From contig JACRFI010000016.1 of assembly GCA_016217965.1 (NCBI GenBank), positions 1,837-65,836 on the forward strand: a stretch of DNA of 64,000 nucleotides, read 5' to 3'. The notes under the pieces were generated by a model. It did not search any database. It was not told the origin of the DNA and saw only the letters and a program-made list of their open reading frames with translations. Numbering within the stretch: position 1 is the stretch's first letter; the number at the start of each line of letters is the position of its first letter. This document shows, in pieces, positions 60,510 to 64,000 of this stretch. Source of the DNA: Candidatus Kaiserbacteria bacterium (GTDB taxonomy: Bacteria; Patescibacteriota; Minisyncoccia; Phycocordibacterales; UBA2100). The translations under genes were made by a program, and so were the position numbers.

Positions 60510-61454
60510 ATGAAAAAGATATTGATAACAGGGGCGAGCGGATTTATTGGCTCTCATCTAGCGCGCACCCTCTCAAGGCGTGATCGCGTGCATGTGTGGC
60601 TACGCCCGACATCGAATACATGGAGGCTGCGGGACGTGCTTTCGAATGTTCGTGTTCACTACGTAGACATTACCGATTCGGCGGCGGTCTGGTCCTCGAT
60701 AGGTGAGGTTAAGCCCGACGTGATATATCACACGGCGAATGTCGGCGTGTATGCTGGAATTCCAACGTCTTCCTTAATGGATGCGGTAAATAGGGTCGGG
60801 TTTACGAACCTCATAGAAGCGGCATCTGCTACTTCGTGTTCAGCGTTCATCAACATTGGCAGCGTGTCAGAATATGGCCCAAAGAATACACCGATGTCGG
60901 AAGATGATGTCTGTGAGCCGGTGACCGAATACGGCCGTTCAAAATTGGCTGCGACGCTAGCAGCAGTGCAGTTGGGGGAAAGCGGATTTCCGATTGCTAC
61001 ATTTCGGCTTTTTTCTCCCTATGGTCCCTTTGATGACGAACGCCGCATCATCGCAAAAACGATACTCTCCATTGCCTCCGGTACTATGATGTGGCTTCCT
61101 TCGGAGCGCTTAGTTCGTGATTATCTTTTTGTGGAAGATGCGATTGATTTCCTTGCAGAAGTCTCAGGCCATATCAAATATCACGCTGGAGAAATATTTA
61201 ACTTGTCTGGTGGAGCGGAGATAAGAGCCATTGATGTAATGCGGGAGATCGCGAGAGAAATGGGAAAGGAGATTTCGTGGCCTAAAAAAGATGTGCCCCT
61301 CGAGGCGGAATCACCTACAGTTCAGGCGGATATGTCCAAGACCTTTAGCGCCTTTCCGTGGCGTCCCAAAGTGCCGCTTGAAACTGGCATCACAAAGACG
61401 ATTGATTGGTTCGTTCGGGAATATCCGGCGATTCGGCCCGCGCATTCGCGTTGA
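60510..61454 (+). CDS. NAD-dependent epimerase/dehydratase (SDR extended)
   Basis: 'ILITGASGFIGSHL' Rossmann motif, 'YGRSK' catalytic YxxxK. Confidence 0.8.
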   Translation: MKKILITGASGFIGSHLARTLSRRDRVHVWLRPTSNTWRLRDVLSNVRVHYVDITDSAAVWSSIGEVKPDVIYHTANVGVYAGIPTSSLMDAVNRVGFTNLIEAASATSCSAFINIGSVSEYGPKNTPMSEDDVCEPVTEYGRSKLAATLAAVQLGESGFPIATFRLFSPYGPFDDERRIIAKTILSIASGTMMWLPSERLVRDYLFVEDAIDFLAEVSGHIKYHAGEIFNLSGGAEIRAIDVMREIAREMGKEISWPKKDVPLEAESPTVQADMSKTFSAFPWRPKVPLETGITKTIDWFVREYPAIRPAHSR

Positions 61455-61481
61455 TGCCCGTCGTTATGCTACCTTTCCCAC

Positions 61482-62198
61482 ATGAAAAGAAAAGTAGGAG
61501 CGGTTATCCTTGCTGCAGGCCTCGGCTCGCGAATCGGAAAGAACTTACCGAAGCAGTTTTTGGAGATCGGCGGCAAAGAAATCTACATCTATTCTGTTGA
61601 AACATTCCTCGCTCACGAGGATATATCGAATGTGGTCGTTGTCGCGCCGCCTGCGAAATTGGGCCACGTGCGGCATACGATGTTGAAGTCATTCGGCGCA
61701 AAGGCTCGGCTGCGGGTTGTCGCGGGCGGCGCGACAAGGCGTGCATCATGCCTTGCAGGCATTCGCGCGATGGATCGCACTTTACGCGGCAATGATCTTG
61801 TTGTTTTTCACGATGCTGTCCGTCCGTTTATGACGGAGAGGCACCTTTCTGTTGTGATCAGAGCAGCTGCGAAACACGGCAGTGCCATCATCGGTACGAA
61901 GCCGCCAGAATTACTGGTCGTGGTCGAGGGCGGGCGCGTTACGCACTCAACGCACAGGAAGATACCGTATTTCTTATACCAAACTCCTGAATGTTTTCAT
62001 TTCCGCGCAATCCGCGATGCGCACGCGCGCATGCCATCCGGCGTCGATGCGACGAATCTCGAACTGATGCTACACGCTGGAAAGACGGTCCCATTTGTTT
62101 TGATTGATGATTTCAATACAAAACTGACATACGCAGGAGACATTCCCGTGTTTCGGACTTTGCTTCGGGGCCAGAAAGGACTCAGAGCCGCTTCATGA
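61482..62198 (+). CDS. IspD/TarI-family cytidylyltransferase
   Basis: 'GAVILAAGLGSRIGKNLPKQFLEIGGKEI' signature. Confidence 0.75.
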   Translation: MKRKVGAVILAAGLGSRIGKNLPKQFLEIGGKEIYIYSVETFLAHEDISNVVVVAPPAKLGHVRHTMLKSFGAKARLRVVAGGATRRASCLAGIRAMDRTLRGNDLVVFHDAVRPFMTERHLSVVIRAAAKHGSAIIGTKPPELLVVVEGGRVTHSTHRKIPYFLYQTPECFHFRAIRDAHARMPSGVDATNLELMLHAGKTVPFVLIDDFNTKLTYAGDIPVFRTLLRGQKGLRAAS

Positions 62199-62559
62199 AC
62201 TCTTCTGGGGTGGCTAGCACTTCGCGAAACAGCACATGGCGGCAAATTTCGTCGTCCTCCGAGAGAGCATAAAGTGGTTTTCCTGATGCAACCGCGAAGC
62301 CAATTTCTAGGGTGGTGCTGTTTCCGCAGTATCTGTCCTTGTTGTACACGAACACAACATCGGCAACACGGATCTTGTAAAAATGATCATGCGTGAGCCC
62401 CAGAGCCACGAACTTCTTTTCATCGCTTGATAAATGTTTCGCCTCGTTATCGTAGAGGTATGGCTCATGGACGACGGCGCCTAAGTCTTTGAGGCGTTTT
62501 GCGAATGCGCGTATTTCCTGTTTGAAGCGGCGGCTGCCGCAGATCGCGACTGATTTCAT
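62182..62559 (-). CDS. nucleoside 2-deoxyribosyltransferase-like protein
   Basis: Trimmed to internal ATG (MKSVAICGSRRF…); 'ADVVFVY…TTLEIGFAVASGKP' pattern. Confidence 0.4.
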   Translation of the reverse strand: MKSVAICGSRRFKQEIRAFAKRLKDLGAVVHEPYLYDNEAKHLSSDEKKFVALGLTHDHFYKIRVADVVFVYNKDRYCGNSTTLEIGFAVASGKPLYALSEDDEICRHVLFREVLATPEEFMKRL

Positions 62560-62630
62560 CGCACCACTGTACAATATTTTCTGCGCAGGCGTAATTGTGC
62601 ACGGCTCATAGTGTGATGTAATTGCGTTAC

Positions 62631-64000
62631 ATGGATTCGAACAATAATCGTGTGTACGATGGAAAACCGAATCCGCATGCACGTATCGGCTTCGTTGTAT
62701 TCTATCCGTTTCATTTCTACGTATATAAGAACATTTTTGCCAAACTCCGAGACGAAGCCGAATTCATAGTTGATCTCGGGGCTTATCGTCCGATGCGGCA
62801 GCCTCCTCAGCTACTGCACGACATTTGTCAGCTTCTCGACATGCATGACGTGCCGTATCGTATCCTGAACCACGACGATTATTTCTTCTCGAATTATCTT
62901 TCTAGTTTCTTCAAGCAATACGAAGCATTGGTCGGCGTGTGGGAGAGGGGCTGTATGTCAATCAAGGAAACGAGCAGGATAAAGAAGATTGATGTCGCTT
63001 ACGGCGCAGGCAAAGAGCTTACGATGGCGCGGCCTTCGCTCAGCATCTTCGATCTTGTCCTCGCGTTTGGTCCTCGTGATGCGAAACTTTGTTCGCATCA
63101 GACGAATGTTGCGATAGTGGGGAATTCAAAGTTCGACGATTGGTTCACCGGCACGGTTGATATCGGGGTGGCGAAGGATATCGCATCCCGCCTTCATCCT
63201 GAGAAGAAAACTGTTCTCTATCTTCCCACACACGGGGATTTATCATCTATTGATCTTCTGGCGCGCGATCTCATATCTCTTTCGCGCGAATATAACGTCA
63301 TCGTGAAAATGCACTATTTCACTCCGAGGGAAGAGCCAGAGCGCGTGAAGCTCCTTACACATAATTCAATCATTCTGTGCGCCGATGATACGGATCTTCT
63401 CCCGCTCTTAAAGCTTGCGGACGTGGTCGTAAGCGATAATTCGAGCGCGATATTCGACGCAATCCTAGCGGATAAGCCGCTCGTGGTGGCAGATTTCTGG
63501 GACGAACGGTATCTCGATGAGGTGCACAGAGAGCCAACGCTTTTACGCCGCGGACCGCAAGGGGCATTAACGTACTCACAGAGTATTGAGCAAGTTATCA
63601 AGCGCGAAGGAAAAGTGATAACGCTTAGGAAACGCGATTCTCTGAAGGAAAAAATTGCAGAGGCGCTTAGGGACGAGGAGAGGTACAAAAGTGCGCGCGC
63701 AGAAATTCGACAGAGCACATTCGCATTCAATGACGGAAGGTGCGCAGAGCGCGCTGCGAAAGCGATTGTTAGCTTCCTTGTGGATGTATCGGCAACTCAG
63801 CGTCCCATCATGTTCCATGTGTTCGAGTCTTTTAAGCGCCGCATCGGAATACTGTCGTATGCGAAAGAACGGGAGTTGAATAGGAAGGTAGCAGAATACC
63901 AAGCGTTTCTCTCTAAGAGTGAAGTTGAAAACGGCGAGGGCGTACTTTTCAGCATCATTCTCTTTGGAGATTTGCGCGGCTCAGGCCTCCTTTCGCTGCG
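62631..64000 (+). CDS. CDP-glycerol/ribitol glycerophosphotransferase (TagB/TagF family), 3' end beyond window
   Basis: Not in ORF track (no stop in window); open from ATG 62631 to window end; 'KKTVLYLPTHGD' and 'VVSDNSSAIFDAILADKPLVV' TagF motifs. Confidence 0.6.
   Translation, partial: MDSNNNRVYDGKPNPHARIGFVVFYPFHFYVYKNIFAKLRDEAEFIVDLGAYRPMRQPPQLLHDICQLLDMHDVPYRILNHDDYFFSNYLSSFFKQYEALVGVWERGCMSIKETSRIKKIDVAYGAGKELTMARPSLSIFDLVLAFGPRDAKLCSHQTNVAIVGNSKFDDWFTGTVDIGVAKDIASRLHPEKKTVLYLPTHGDLSSIDLLARDLISLSREYNVIVKMHYFTPREEPERVKLLTHNSIILCADDTDLLPLLKLADVVVSDNSSAIFDAILADKPLVVADFWDERYLDEVHREPTLLRRGPQGALTYSQSIEQVIKREGKVITLRKRDSLKEKIAEALRDEERYKSARAEIRQSTFAFNDGRCAERAAKAIVSFLVDVSATQRPIMFHVFESFKRRIGILSYAKERELNRKVAEYQAFLSKSEVENGEGVLFSIILFGDLRGSGLLSL

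Overview
This 64-kb window looks like a reduced bacterial genome, and I infer it is CPR/Patescibacteria-like. Housekeeping genes (tig, ppa, nusA, tpiA-pgk, recJ, rnhA, rpsL-rpsG-fusA, tuf, rpsJ, rpmB, sod, mscL) sit between a type IV pilus / competence cluster (pilB, pilC, three prepilin-like genes, split comEC) and a large accessory region. 

The main finding is that the conserved fusA-tuf junction of the str operon is split by about 14 kb of accessory DNA (34741-48958). This DNA is organised as serial cassettes, each ending in a degenerate copy of the last 60-150 bp of fusA; I count four such fusA 3'-end remnants. The same pattern appears at rpsJ, where a 144-bp rpsJ 3'-end direct repeat brackets a 1.65-kb insertion carrying an AbiEii-like nucleotidyltransferase toxin gene and a SWIM zinc-finger gene. 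A mirror-image case sits at rnhA, where a 5' rnhA fragment with foreign codon usage lies just upstream of the intact gene. Together these point to a recurrent insertion mechanism that carries or duplicates the ends of essential genes, and no integrase is visible in the window. 

The cassettes encode: a Fic/Doc-family protein with a degenerate catalytic motif and a perfect palindromic operator; five paralogous secreted peptidoglycan-binding-domain proteins fused to different C-terminal modules (GH5-like, PKD-like, Kazal-like) that share a covarying 5' RNA-hairpin plus 'GUGUCAUGAU' box; two toxin-antitoxin pairs (RelE/Phd, Doc/MazE-like); a pair of about 85-90% identical lectin / Ig-like repeat proteins; and an L,D-transpeptidase / DD-carboxypeptidase fusion. 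An IS481-like transposase lies between tuf and rpsJ. 

The 3' end of the window starts a teichoic-acid-like CDP-polyol gene cluster (TPP enzyme, epimerase, TarI/IspD-like, TagF-like). No rRNA, tRNA or CRISPR arrays could be recognised by eye.
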